Source: Blasia pusilla (Eukaryota). Taken from it: a stretch of 64,000 bases of DNA. Within the stretch, counting starts at the first letter, position 1; every line of letters starts with the position of its first letter. The stretch lies in contig CM114271.1 of the NCBI GenBank assembly GCA_050084515.1, forward strand, positions 25,172,001 to 25,236,000, written 5' to 3'. The position numbers and the translations under genes were made by a program. The notes under the pieces are model-generated. The model was not told the DNA's origin and made no database searches. It was given only the letters and a program-made list of their open reading frames with translations. Positions 23,557 to 36,990 of the stretch are shown here, one piece after another.

Positions 23557-24077
23557 ATATGCCATTCTATGAGGTTTCGTCGAAGGGAGAATATCTCCGC
23601 TTCCGACCATAAGAGACGAGCACCTAACCCGATGTAAAACCAGTCTGCGACCCTTTCCTTTGAGACGGGTAACGAGGGAGAAGAAATAATTAATACATAC
23701 GTGTAGAGGACACGTGGATACTCTTGATGGCCATAGTAAAAAACAATAAGAACTTGTAGGGGCTGTAACGATAAACAAGGATATGGACGTCTTGTCTTTA
23801 GAAAGGTATGCCATTTTATGAGGTTATGTCGAAGGGACAATATCTCTACATCCAACCGTAAGAGACGAGCACCTAACCCGATATAAAACCAACTCGGAAC
23901 CCCCCTTTCCTTTGAGGCAAATAGGTACACGAGGAAGAAATAATTAATACATACGTGTAGAAGGAACTTGGATATTCTAGATGGCCAAAAAAATCAGCGG
24001 GAATAAACAAGGATATGTACGGTGAATGAGAACCCGTAGGGACCCTAACGATAAACAATGATAAGTACGTCTTGTCT
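23557..24077. repeat. Two diverged tandem units of ~250-270 bp
   Basis: Units 23557-23798 and 23807-24077 share ATGCCATT.TATGAGGTT..GTCGAAGGGA.AATATCTC, TAAGAGACGAGCACCTAACCCGAT and GAAGAAATAATTAATACATACGTGTAGA. Confidence 0.85.
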
Positions 24078-27000
24078 ACGGAAACGACTTTGACAGCGAG
24101 TGAAGACGTCCGAAAGGCTGAATGAGGCCTTTGGTCGTCTGCGTATTTGTGCAAAACGCAGCAGGAAAGCTGGGAAGTTCGCCCGATCTTTCGAACGCAC
24201 GGGCGGCGGCGGCAGTGGCGATGCGAGCGCGCATTGATGTGAAGTAGCCAAATCTGAGCTCTCTGAAGGTCGCGTTGAACTGGGGAATCATTTTCGCCGC
24301 GTCCGCGCTCAAATTTCCGCTTTCGTTTCGACGCTTCTCGGATTCGTAGACATGAGGGATGACGGATTTGGGATATGGTGGGAGTGAGGATGGAAGCGAG
24401 CGCGGGCACGGCGGGAGAGATCTCCGACTGCGGCGGATTTGTGGAGGGCCGTGACGAGAAATCTGGAACCGAGAAAAACGCTGAAAAAGCGCTGCGCTTT
24501 CTCCGTTGCCCGCCCGTGCGGCCGTTTAGGGTTTGTGCGAGCATTTCGGAGTGATGGAATGCTGTGTTTCGCGCGCCGTGGTCGCGTTTTGGCAATGATG
24601 ATTATGAATTGATAGCCGATTGCTACCCGGGCTTCGTGAAGCGCTGGTGGCAGCAAAAAGACGCGTCTGATATACATCTGAGCTATTTCTTAGGGTTGCG
24701 CTACCAGTCCTCAATTTCTGATTCGTCGGAAAGGTTTTTCTCTCGGACGTGCTAGGATTCTTCCATGGCCTCGTCCATCGCTTGGTCAAGTTCCTTCCGT
24801 GTTAAGGAGTTTTGGTTTCATTTTTGTTACGCTTGCCATCGACTCTCTTCCAAAGTGTGTTATTGTGTGTGACGTACGTGCGTATTTAAGGATTGGCGAG
24901 GATCGGAACGAGGAAGGACAGCAGAAGGTGCCGCTGCGAAGAGAAGTAGCAGGCGTCTTCTTTGACTGACTATCATAACACTTGATATGAGCCAAGTTTC
25001 TTCACTGGAATTTGTCTTGAATTAACTTGATGCATAGTCGCTTCTATCGTTGCTCTTGATCGGATGCATATTTGCCTGTCTCCTTTCCGCGCTGAGGGCC
25101 TGTATAACTATCAAGCAATCGCTTTGCGTTTCTTGGATGCGGGGCCGTTCTAACTGCAGAAAAGTCTCTGGAGCGTGGATAGTCTAGTCTCCAACATATT
25201 GCGTGATACATCTAAATATATTTTCCCAGGAAAAATGCAAATAGACTGAAGCGAACATGGGATGGTTTTGGCGTTCAACAGGGCCATAATTCGTAAGGAA
25301 AGAATTGAAAAGATCAGCACGAAACATACTTTTTCATGATGACGAACTGAGAGTACGTCACCCACTGAAAGACAGCAGGCAGAATGCGCTTCGGCGGAAG
25401 TGCTGATATTGAGTTCCAAATAAATGCGAACTAGGAATTTTTGTCAACTTCTGTCAACTCGTTTGTTAGAGGATCAGTGGTACATTCACCTTATCGGTGC
25501 TTCGCCAGCTTACGAGTGGTAAAGCTTGATATTCTTCCGTGTCAATAGTTTTTTCGTATTTACTGGATAGCGAGTATATTCTCACTATCCTTGTAACTTT
25601 GATCGGCATGACAAGATCGATCGGAATTTTCGTAGTTCCTTGGACATGTAAGACCCGCACGTCAATGCAATCGGTTTCTTCAGCGAACGATTGATACTCG
25701 CGTTCATTTTATGATAGTACGGTGACATTTCGCTCATGCTCGCAGTTTTATCATCAGTCACTCCTTCATCGCTGGAAGAAATGAATCTTCTAACAACTCA
25801 GGTATGGTGCACAGCATAGATCTGTTGAAAATTAAAAGTCGCGGCATCTTTCCTTAATGGACCAGTGGCCTACCATAACACTTGTTAAACTTCTCGTACT
25901 TTGCCGAGAGTTTTAGAAGTGCGGAAAAAGTTTCTTCGTTAGACCATTTCTCCAGATTTAAGAGAAGACACCCACAAGAGTGTGTAAAGGAAGATGAATA
26001 ATGGATTCAAGGAGGGTCCTTAACTGAGTTTGTAACTTGAGACAGGAGAATAAATTGCCGATGACAGCGACAAAAGTACAAAGGTGTGAAAACCATCTTG
26101 GACATTGGATGAGTCGATAAACATGAACGATGATTTTAACATTAGTCACTATTAAACCCCATGGTGCCAAGCCACTGCAATTCATGTATGAACATGGCAG
26201 ATAAGCACTTGGGCATTGTGTACAAGAATGAGACTCTGTCCCAAGATCACCAAGGCAAGGCAAGGGGTGAATTCTCCTCACAACGAGTGGTAGAAAAAGA
26301 CCAAGATCCGTTCTTATCCAAAACTTGGCTGGTCAACAACTTCAGAGTGGGAAGAGAAGTTCATCTAGAGGTAAAGGTCTTGAAGTTTCTGCGATGGGAA
26401 CCGAAGTCACAGTTTTAGTGGCAGAACTACACCGATTACTTCTCAAGGTGGAGTTGAGTGGGTAGTTTAGACCGGTAGGAACCAGGTTCTAATATTCATA
26501 ACCTGCCAGCAAAAAATCATCGAACTCGTGGATTTACACTGATCTGTATGAATTGGACCGCTGATATTCTCAAGAACCCAAGTTTTAAAGCTCGAAGGGG
26601 TTTGATGTAGTGTACACAGCGGAGTAAATACAGGGTACAATGTCGCGACCCCAAAATAACCAACAATATCACTCTTTTGCACCAGTCTAAATGTTGGATT
26701 GGGAAGAGAGTTCTACTACTCTACAAGTATTCCCAGATGTCCTCACTATTAAAATTTGGCAGTTGTAGCAGAAGGCTCTCGTAGTGGAAATTTTCAAATG
26801 TTTCTGAGATCTGCTAGGAGCTATATTATTCCGAAAAAAATGAACACTTTTTTCTGAATGAATATACAGTGTTGGCACTGCTACTACGGGAATGCTCCCA
26901 CAAGTTTTGCTATCCTGGATGTGACAAGACACTACCTCCAAGACAGTGGTGCAGGAGATATAAGAAACCTTCTGATGGGACTCTGGGAGAATCACAGTCG

Positions 27001-27149
27001 AGCAATTGGACTGCGTTCTGTTCAGAGTTGTTGGTCTAGACATCCCATTATAGTCACAGCAGTGATAGATGTAAGGGATGTTCATTCTTCTTAGTGTGAA
27101 TTGTTACTGCTACTGACCTTTGTGTTGACTGCAATGTTGTCCATTGACC

Positions 27150-28983
27150 TCAAGGATTGTGTACCATGAAATCTGACTGCAAGGGTCCACTTCCATTCAT
27201 CAGCCTCCCTTCCATTCCTTTGTTACTTCCAGGAGCCATGCAACCTGAAGGTGCGACATTCTTCAGAATGTGTGGCCTGCCATTTGGTCGCTGAGTAGAG
27301 ACAGATCCAGCTCCACTTCCCGACTGCACTCCATTAGTGCTCTTGTTCAAAGCACAAAAAGGTTCTGTGGCTGATTGCTTAGACTCAGCAGTGCCGAGGT
27401 CAAGTTTGCTAAACTGCTGTTGCTGCAGCTCATATGCAGCTGGGGTTGACGTCTGCTGCTGTTGCTGGAGCTGTTGCTGTAATTGCATTTGCTGACAGAG
27501 CTGCCTCAACTTTTGCACTTCCTTCTTCAGATGCTCGTTGTGAGCTACAGAACAGGAAAAACTCAGTTCATCCATCCAGACCAGAAATGGATATAGCACA
27601 TGAAGAAAAGTGGAAAGCTAGTCATCAAGATAAGGAGCCAGCTTACCTTCTTTGAACCGTTTGTCTTGGGAGAGCGCAGAAATTTTTTGCTTCAGGGTGT
27701 TGTTGTCAGAATTGAGGAGCGCCCTCTGATGATCCAGGAACGCCACTTGAGGAGAAAGAGTTGAAACCTCGGTCTGTATCATTGCCCAGAGATGAGAGTC
27801 AGGAAACATTCTCAGCAAAATACAAGCACTCTTGACACAGATGAGGTAAAAAGTAGTTTAGCTTTCCGAACGAGCATAGGAGGGTTAGGGGGTTTTTTTA
27901 CCTGCAATGCATTAACATTCCTCTCGAGCTCAGAAATGTACTGAAGCTTTCGAACACGGGATCGTTGTGCAGATTGTCTGTTTGCAAGAATCCTGCAAGT
28001 TAAGAATCTCTCGATAGTCATTATAAGTTACTCTAGCCATCTAAAATCCAATCCTTGAGTAGCATGACCCTCCACAGATTGCAAATCCACCACAAACAAA
28101 CTCTCATAATTGACATCCAGCGAATTTAGCCAAAATGGCCAAGTAAAGTAGGAATCACTCTGTGTGCGAGTGTTCAGACTCCTTACCTCTTAGCTCGCTT
28201 TGGGTCCAAGTTGGGGTCGATCTGAGATGACAGCATTTGTAGCTCACTCTTCGTGGGCGGCTGACCACCACTTCCACCTTCTCCCTCCCCTACACTCTGA
28301 ACCTCTGGTTCACTCTTCATCCTACCGAGGCCTCTATCCTCATTAGAAACTTCACTAAGACTGTTACTATCTGAAGGAGTGGATGGATTTTCTGGAGTCG
28401 TTGCAGGTGTCCTCCGTTCAGACGTCCAGCTGTCTGCTGCAGAGCTCGATACAGCATTACTACCTGATTGAGCTCGAGTACCCTCAGGCGGCTGGTTTGA
28501 AGCCCGTTGATTTTGTTGAAAGGGTTCGATGTCAAACATTGACATAAGCTGCTCTTCATCAAGTCGATCAAAATCAATTGATCCACGTCCTGATGGTATT
28601 GAAACCACACTCCTAGCATCGAACTCATCCTCCTCGGCAATATGATCATCAAATTTAGAGAAGCTCCCAGGAGCTTCCAAAAATGCAACGGAGTCACTGG
28701 AAGAGCGTCGATGTGATCCTCGTTTGAAGGGAACTTCCTGTGGATCTATTACGTCATCCAACCATGACGGCTGCACTTGTGGGAGGAAGCCAGTGGATGG
28801 CGTCCGTTTGTGACCACCACCTCCACGGTTAGGGTAGCTCGACCTTCCTCCAAAAGGAGCAGAGGTGGATTCAAAGAGACTGGATCCAAAACTAGGAAAC
28901 GTTGGACTTTTGGGAGGCAGGTGAGTTGGATTCATAGGAAATGACCAATTAACAGCCCGTCCGTCTTTCGCTTGACTTGCCAT
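27150..28983 (-). CDS. bZIP transcription factor (group E, bZIP34/bZIP61-like), 4 exons: 28983-28187, 27992-27902, 27773-27647, 27544-27150 (469 aa)
   Basis: N-terminal LPPKSP, QPSWLDD, HRRSSSDSVAFLE and FDRLDEEQLMSMF motifs; basic region [31 protein letters not shown] plus zipper. All introns are GT-AG and the frame sums to 1410 nt. Confidence 0.93.
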
Positions 28984-30519
28984 GAGTGGAAAATATTTGA
29001 TCCAGCAGATAAGATGAGTAGTAGTTTAAATAAAGGCTGAGCCTAGACTGGGAGAAGTCCTGTGTGACATTAAACACCCAACGTTAGAACTCATTTTAGC
29101 GTCGAATGTCAGAGCAAGATCACCTTCTTCCGGACGACAGTGGAAAAATCGACTAAACATCCCAGTTTCCAATCGGCGAGCAAAGCACTACGGTTTCTGA
29201 CCGACTACTCGTCTCTAAATTGATGCGGAGGTGAATCCCCAGTACTGCTCGTCGCTACAAATTCGTCGACATCTGAAGATTCCAGGATCGAAGACAAGAA
29301 TGGCCGCATTCTAAAGGCATCCAGAATCAAGCGCGAATGTCTTCAGACTTCGTTAAATGGGAAGGCACCACACCCCAGCCGACATGGGTTCAACGCCTCC
29401 GAAGTGTACCATGACGATGATCGTGAGCACGGACTGAGAATGGAGCACTCCACACTACCAGATGTGGTTGCATGACACTGCGCTACATGTTTCGTAAGGA
29501 TTTTAGTATCTCGTCCGGGACACGTCATTACAGCTCCAAGTAGAACAAAACTGCACTTCTACCTAGACATCGTTTGATAGACGATGGATCATATACTATG
29601 CCCCGATGGAAATGTCCCAACGATGGTCCGATAGTGAATCAGACCACCAAAATCGTGACCTCGGCATGTACATGACACCGATTCCCTGCCTGAGCTACAT
29701 TCTTTATTTGACCAGACGACAGCGAGCCTGTAGGTCTGCGCATTGGAGTTCCACATCCGTTCACATCTTGAAATTTGGTTTGAGTTCGTTGTGCCTGGCG
29801 AGTTCTACGGTAACCCGTTGAGAACTGAATATAGCCAATACATACCGGCACCCAAAGGTTCACAGAGTCACAGAAAGGCGCCTGTGATTTCGTCTCTAGA
29901 CTGGAAGCCGACTGTACAAGTACTTGAGTTCCACTTCCGTCTGGTTGGCCCTATCGCCATCCTGGTAGTGCCACCATGGCCACGCGTCTACACAACCTCA
30001 GCAAATTCCATTGTGGAAGCAGCCCTCACTCCTCTCACAGTTCGGCACCTAGAGCAATCCGTACTTCAACTCGTACCGCCGCGGCCAAGCTCCGACATGA
30101 CTTCCAGCTACCCAAATATCCCAAGATCGAACACTCACGAGGAAAGGGCAGTCGCAGACGAATTCGTCAAAATCGTGATCAGCTCTTAATCTTAACCATG
30201 TTCTGGCCGGTCTTCGATGGAAAGAGAATTGATTGTAACGCTTGGAAAAGGATCAACAATTCACTTTCTCCTGGAACTGCTGAAGCTTCACTTTAGAGGA
30301 TTGACTTTTCATGGCACGAATCACTTCCTAGGCGTATGGGCGGACAGAGAGGACTGCTGTTACAGCCTTCAACTTCTTCTATGGAAAGATGTTCCACCAC
30401 CTCCACAACACGGAATCTCGAGAGTCAATTATCCTCATTAACACTGTGGCGTATGCGGAGGTGGCTCTGAGTCAAGAGCCTCCTCGGCGACTTCCAGCCA
30501 TCCGTCGACACGATTATGT

Positions 30520-30522
<3 letters not shown>

Positions 30523-30584
<62 letters not shown>
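30523..30584. repeat. (GA)n microsatellite
   Basis: Seen directly. Confidence 0.95.
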
Positions 30585-30585
<1 letters not shown>

Positions 30586-33500
30586 CAAGGTTAAGGAGAT
30601 ATACCGTGCCCAGAGTTGAAACCAAACTTGATCACGACGGTTAGCGGCTTCTTCGCTGGCCGGTTCAGCAACAATCTATTCCACAGTATTATCTTTACAG
30701 CTGTTTGACCTGAAAGACGTGCATCAAGAGGATTTAGAAGTCAGTGGCGTGCAGTCCTGGGGATCAAAAATAAAATGAAGGAAGAAACCTTACCCAAATG
30801 GAACTCAACTTGGCACGTAGTTTCTAAGCGGTAGCACAGATTTGACCTCTCTGCATTCAATGGTACGTAGGAGACAGTGACCTTTCGAAACAGAAGGTGA
30901 AAAAGCAATGAGCTCCATATCTGCAGGTATGGCAACCTGTTCCAGGCTTCCGGACGGGCCGACTCCAAGAGACTGACTGCTGTAGAGGAACAATGACGAG
31001 TCCAGCCAAAGCATAAACCATCGAAGTAGTGTTCCACCGCTGCGACTAAATGATCTAGAGTTCCCCACCAGGTTCCTCTTCTACATGCACGCTGAAAGTG
31101 AGCCGACGGCTTACTCCGGCGCGTAAGTTCGCACTCGTGCAACAATTTTCCCCACAGTGGTTGCTTGGAGTAATCTCTGCCGTTGACGGGGAAGCACAGA
31201 GTACGGAAAGAATGCCAATCGAGACGTTACGCATCCGAACGAAAACTGAGCGCCAAAACTGAGGCGTGTTGCAATCACGAAGAGATCGAAGCAGCCATTT
31301 ACCAAAGTGTAATCGGGACGACACCATTTATTTACATCGAGGATCAATTACGCACCCAGAACAATGTCTGCGGCTCCCTGACTGGATCCAGACAACTTCG
31401 AAGCCGAGGATGAACTCGGCAACTGCACAAGAAATGTTTGGGGAGTATTCGAGACGGTTACCTAGGCCGGGAGAGAGATCGTCTCTAGGTTAAACATCAT
31501 GAGATTTTCCTTGAGGAGTAACTACCAGGGCGAGCCCGATGAAGAGCTCTTCTTCGCAGCTCAATCGCGCAGCAGAGGCCAGCGTGTATCAGAGCACTTC
31601 TTACCTTAACTGACGATAAGCTCCTCAACGCTGGAATCGACTCAGTCATTCGCCATGGACAATCGTCAAACGTTCAGATCCGCTTTCTTCGTGAAACGCG
31701 ACAGCTTCACTTCTTTACAGCATATCTTGTACCAATCTCGCTCTACGCGACCGGAAAGGTCCGAACAAACGGAGGAAGGAGCGGACTAACTCACGATTCC
31801 GGGGCTGCGGCTCGCGATGAGACCAATCTTCTACTAGCATAATGAGGTTGCACTACGGTGGATAGCTCACTAGAGGCACGATCGAGGGCAGAGTAGAGTA
31901 GCGCAAGGGAAATCTTGCAAGCGTGCACCATAAACTAAACTCGGTAGAGAGAGGCGGTAGGGGGTGGGGGTGGGAGAGAGGGAAAGGGGTGAGGGAGGAC
32001 GGAGGCAGAGAGGGGAGGAAATGGGGTAAAGGACTGCGTGACAGAAGGAGGGGAAAGGTGAGAGGAGGGAAAGAACCAACTACTAGTTTCCAAAGGGAAG
32101 TTGGATCAAAAAAGGGAGCTCGCGAAGCTGGGGGAGGATCGACCGGTCGTTAGGCCCGCGTCACTCCGAAATTTCCAAGGACCCCAGGGTTCAAGCTGCC
32201 ATTTCCTGTCGGGTATGTTCCCTTACCGCGAGTCCTCCCTTGCCCTTGCTCGAGTACAGTACAGATTACTTTCACTTCACTTCACTCCCCTTCCCTTCGC
32301 TTCCCGCCGGGCCCTCCTCCTCTTCATCATCATCAGGTGGCGCGGCGTCCTTAGAAGGGACGCACGCAAGAATGGAGAAGTTCACTGGAAGTTGTAGGAG
32401 GTTTCCGCTCCTGCGCATATCCACAGAGATCGCCTCCTCCACCACCAGCACGTCCGTCCGTAGGTCCCCCCCCCGTACTCTTCGGCTCTGGCGACCAGGC
32501 TCAACCCCTAGGGTGGCGAAGCGGGTAGGTTCTCACTGTGATCGGCGCCGAGGATAAAGGGGGAGAATGAAAAAGAACGAATAAAAATGATTTATTTATT
32601 ATTATATCTCATTTACCCGGGTCTCCGGGCTCTCCGCGAGTCCCGTCTTCACGCCCACTCGACTACTCGCAGGGTACCCTGGATCGGACGAGTCTACAAG
32701 GCTCGGCCCGGGTGCGACTCGAGGAGATTACGCTCCTTCCGGCCTAGAGCTCAGCGGTTCGTCGCGGTTCTCGAGTATTGACGGTCGCGGCTCGCGAGAG
32801 GCTGATGCAACCACGTCCACGTGACTGGTGATCTGCGGGTGCGGAAGCATCTAAAGACCGTCAAGGAAAGAAACGGAGAAAGGCCGTCCAGATCAAGGAC
32901 CTGCTCGTCTGGCTCTTGGGGTTGGGCCCGGCCCCCGCCCCGTGAGTCCCTGTGGGTCTTTCGCGAATGAGATCCGTCTAGAGAGCGAGCGTGCCGGCGA
33001 AAAGCGGATGCCCTACCCTACCGGTCTGGCGGGTCGCTCTCGTTCAACTCCGTTCGCTGCTCTCCCCTCGTACGGCCCGCTCCGCACGAGATATGATGAT
33101 GACTGGCTGGCTCTGTCGTATTATACTCCTCTCGTATGTGGCGAGTGCTCCCGAATACGGAGGCCGGATGTCTCTTGTCGTATGGCGGGGTCCACGCGGA
33201 GGGAGGGAGGAGCAAACGGCTGGCAGGAGACCTTCTATAGCCTTTATGTGTTGGGGGCAGCTACAATTTAGGGAGACTTTCTCCGTCGCCAGAGTACCCC
33301 CTAGGATCCGTCGCACGCCCGCCTTCCAGGCGCCGTCGGCAAATGGCATGGACGCGAGCGAGTCGGGGCCCGCCCCGGCCCCTACTGGTCCCAAGAACAA
33401 CGACCGAATGAAGAGGGACAATCTTCTTGGGGAACTGATTATCCATTGTCAATCGACGCGCTAAAATCTATCTATCTATCTATCTATCTTGCGAAGCGAG

Positions 33501-35650
33501 GCCGGGCCATCCTATGGATCGGAGCGGTTTTTCCAAGAAAGCCCTTCTTGCTGCTCGACACATATCGTTCTTCTTGGGTCGGTATTCGAATGGGTGCGTA
33601 CTACAGTGGAGTGGAGTAGGGTATTCCGGATTGAGGAGGGAATCTTGTCGTTAGAGTTCGCTCTGCTTGTTCCAAGCTGCCACTCGTCGTGGGCCCGCTG
33701 CGGATCGTCGATATTTCCTTTCGGGTCCCCCGCGAATTTCCTCGCCTCCGCTTCCCGCTTTCTGTTTTTTCCTCCGTCTGGAAGCGCACGCCCTCGCCCG
33801 AGAGAAGAGCGAGAGCTCTTGGTCCCCCATCCACACTCTCGTGGGTCGTGCGTCTCCTACGATTTGCCTCGAAAGTTGTCGGACGGACGGAGCTGCCGGG
33901 GAAATAACACGCTCGGACGCGTACGGCTCTCGTCGGTCTTCGTTTGTTTGTATTAGCTGCCCGGAATTTTAAAAGCGGGGGAAAAGAGAAACGATCGCAA
34001 TCGGACCCGGGAATCACTGGGACGGGCGCCCATCGATGGATGGAGTCTCGAGATTTGGGAGATAGATGAGGCAGGATGTCGCCGATGGACATGGCCGCTT
34101 GCCGCCTGTACAGGCACCGCAGTGACCGCGCTCCACGAGCCAGCACAACCGAGCGACTCGGAGGACCGAGCGATTCGTTTCTTTGCAGGGAGGGAGGGGT
34201 TGGGGACTCCCGGGGGACGGGCGGATGGATGGACGGACGGACGGTATGATGCTTCTGGCAAAAGCTCGGTAAGGTCACATGGGAAAAGCCGAGTACTAAC
34301 AAACATGCCAGTCACAAATGATTACTCTACATTCAACGAATAGGCCCCATACTACCACCCCCCTACACAACTGGCTCGAAAAAGATGCGAAGCAATCATT
34401 GGAAATCTTCCCGGTTAATATCCTCTCCTCATTAATGTCCATGAGAACTTACAAAACCCTCTCACGGTCTCACCACCAAAATCTAGGACTTGGAAGGCGT
34501 CCCACGTCTTATGACTCCGATCGATCCCTGAGAAGGACGCAAGAATTTCCTTTCGTTCATACCTCGATTCTATCACGACGACACCCATGGCTCATGTTTT
34601 CTTCCTCCGTGTTTCTTCTCTCTTTTCTTCCTCCGACTTTTTCGTTCCTGACTGGTGACTAGTGAGGTCTCTTTTGATGATGAGTGCCAGGTTTTCCTTT
34701 CCAAGGCTGAAATGGGTGCGTAAAAACACAATTTTACATGGTTTACCATCATCACAATCCAGTCCTCCCATCAATGTATAGACAGGTAGATAGATTTTTA
34801 TTATTACTAGAGCCTCATCTATGTTTTTCCCATTTTCTTAGATTTTATTTACAGTTTCCATTAACCAAAGCACCGGGATATTTCTCTGCGTGAGAATGCT
34901 GCATAATTTATGGTTGTAGATTTAATGCGTCTTAAATGTACCGTCTTGAATTTTGATGTGTTTCGTTTGAAACTTTTTTTTTTCGCCCGTCGCATAATTT
35001 CATAAAAATTCATATATTCTAGACCTATTATCATACAACAGTTTTTTTTCTATTCCGACTAGTAGAGTGCTCATGTGATGTTCGGGACATGAAAAGATGT
35101 TTGAAGAATTTTTGCTAATGATAGGGTACAAATTCACACAAATTCAAATATTTTTGAATTTGTGCAGCAAGAATATGAAACATATTCTTGCTGTCCAAGT
35201 GTGAGAGGTGTTTGCAAACAAGAACGCAATCTCAACATTAATATAGATTTGGGACTCATGTTGTGGAAAGTCCCCTAAGACTTAGAATCATCTTATGGAA
35301 TGGGCACTTTGTTGTGGGTAAGTCGTGTACGTGGGAAATCTAGAGGTCGGGCCATATAGGGATGAAAATGGGCATGAGCAAGTGAAGTCGTTTGGGCAGG
35401 GTTTAGTCGTCGCTTGGAGTTGTTCTCGCGTAGCCGAAGCAGCGAAGCATGCGAGAGATTGGACGGAATGTGACGACGAGGAGATGGAATGTGGATCCAT
35501 ACTCGAGGGCAGTGTGCTTCTGGGGTGCTTTTTTCCCTCTCTCTTTGTTTCTTGCCTTCTTTCGTTCCTTCCTTCCTTCCTTCCAAATCTCGACCATTAG
35601 AATCTTAGGAGCAAAAGAGAGTCATATTCGTTCCCTAGGGAGAAAAGGCG

Positions 35651-36990
35651 AAGATGCACTTCGATAAAAACGAGTGATGGAAAACCCATCGGAAGTACAA
35701 AAGAGGGGGACTCAAAGAGTCAAAACCTGAAGGCCACAACAGGACCAGAAAAGGAAGAAGGGGGCATTCCCCCTAACGACATTTAAACTCACCAACAAAG
35801 CAGAGACAATATCAAGCAACAACAAGAGAGCTATGACTACTACTAAGTGGGCCTCTAGCGCGGCGTCTCCCACACTGAGCCCGCCAAGCAAAATCCCATT
35901 AGCCTAGGCACGCTGCAACGCGCTATGGAGACCCGCCGCCTACAATGTCTGTAATCGCAGTAGCTAAGGACAACCCATTTCTCGAGTGGAGATGATGGGC
36001 GCAGTCCGTAAGGAACGAGTCGAACCTCTCCCCCATAGCCCCATACATCTCTATGGCCAGGGGGATGAAGATGTGTCCCTCGTGTAGTCGACTGTAGATA
36101 TGTGTCTTCTTCGCCGCCGCCGCCGCTCCTTGTAGCATTCGCCCTTGAGCCACCACTTGGGCTCGCACTGCCTCCCGCGTAGGATCTGTGACTACCAAGT
36201 CTGCCACAACCACCTCAGCCTCACGTGTCATGTAGAGATCGGCACGAATGAGGGAATCCCGCATGGAGTAGTGCCTCTCTCTCTGCACATGGAAGCCACT
36301 CTCCCGAGCAATACTGAACATGATATCCCGCACTGCATCGTGAGTGGCTATCCTCTCACCCCCAACTGGACAGCGTGCCAAATGCACACCAAGTGGATCC
36401 AGGCTCCGGCGACACTCGCAGTGTGTCGAACCAACCACCGATGGTTGGGGGAGGCCCAAGCGGAACCGCATCGTTGTGGTATAGGTAAGTGGTGCGATAC
36501 GGAAAGCCTGGAGAAGGGGGCGTGCCCCTACCCATGAGCCTGCCCCCTTTCCGGAGCAAGAGCGAATACGGGCCCTAACCTCCATGGGGATATTCCCGTC
36601 AGACATAGTGCCTCTAAAAACTGCCTCAAAGTGGGCTTCCATCAAGGAAGATTGGAGCCCAGACTGACCGGAGGTAACTAAGGAGGAGAAAGTGGGGAGA
36701 ACGGCTCGGGCCTCAACTCGAAGGGAATCTCTACAAGCTGTGAGTGAAGACTGAAGTGGGAAAGAGCCATCCTCGACCTGGGAGACGTAGTGTAAAAGGA
36801 GCGGTCTATCTCTAACCAAAAATCGGGAGCAAAGGAGGCTGCCACTGCGGCCCAACTCCCTAAAAAAGCGGAGGGCGCCACTAACTCGGTCGAGAGAAGA
36901 CCTACTCCACCAAAAGAAATCGGCCAAGAGGCCTGTCTACGAGCTAAATCGGCCTGTCCCTAGAGAGCCCCCCATACCCCTAGGTCACAT
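35651..36990 (-). mobile_element. 5'-truncated CRE-like non-LTR retrotransposon (restriction-like endonuclease end + 3' UTR)
   Basis: ORF 36927-35923: AGSW, RFRLGLP, CCHC knuckle CEC....GVHLARC, RIATHDAVRD, RADL...VADLVVTDP, FIPLAIEMYGAMG, then RVSIA[fs]LQRA. This is the typical REL C-terminus of the CRE clade. No RT core is present. Confidence 0.75.

Noticed and set aside
32100-34400. Many overlapping ORFs of 60-230 aa
   Set aside because: GC-rich sequence gives stop-poor frames on both strands. No recognisable domain or consistent exon structure.
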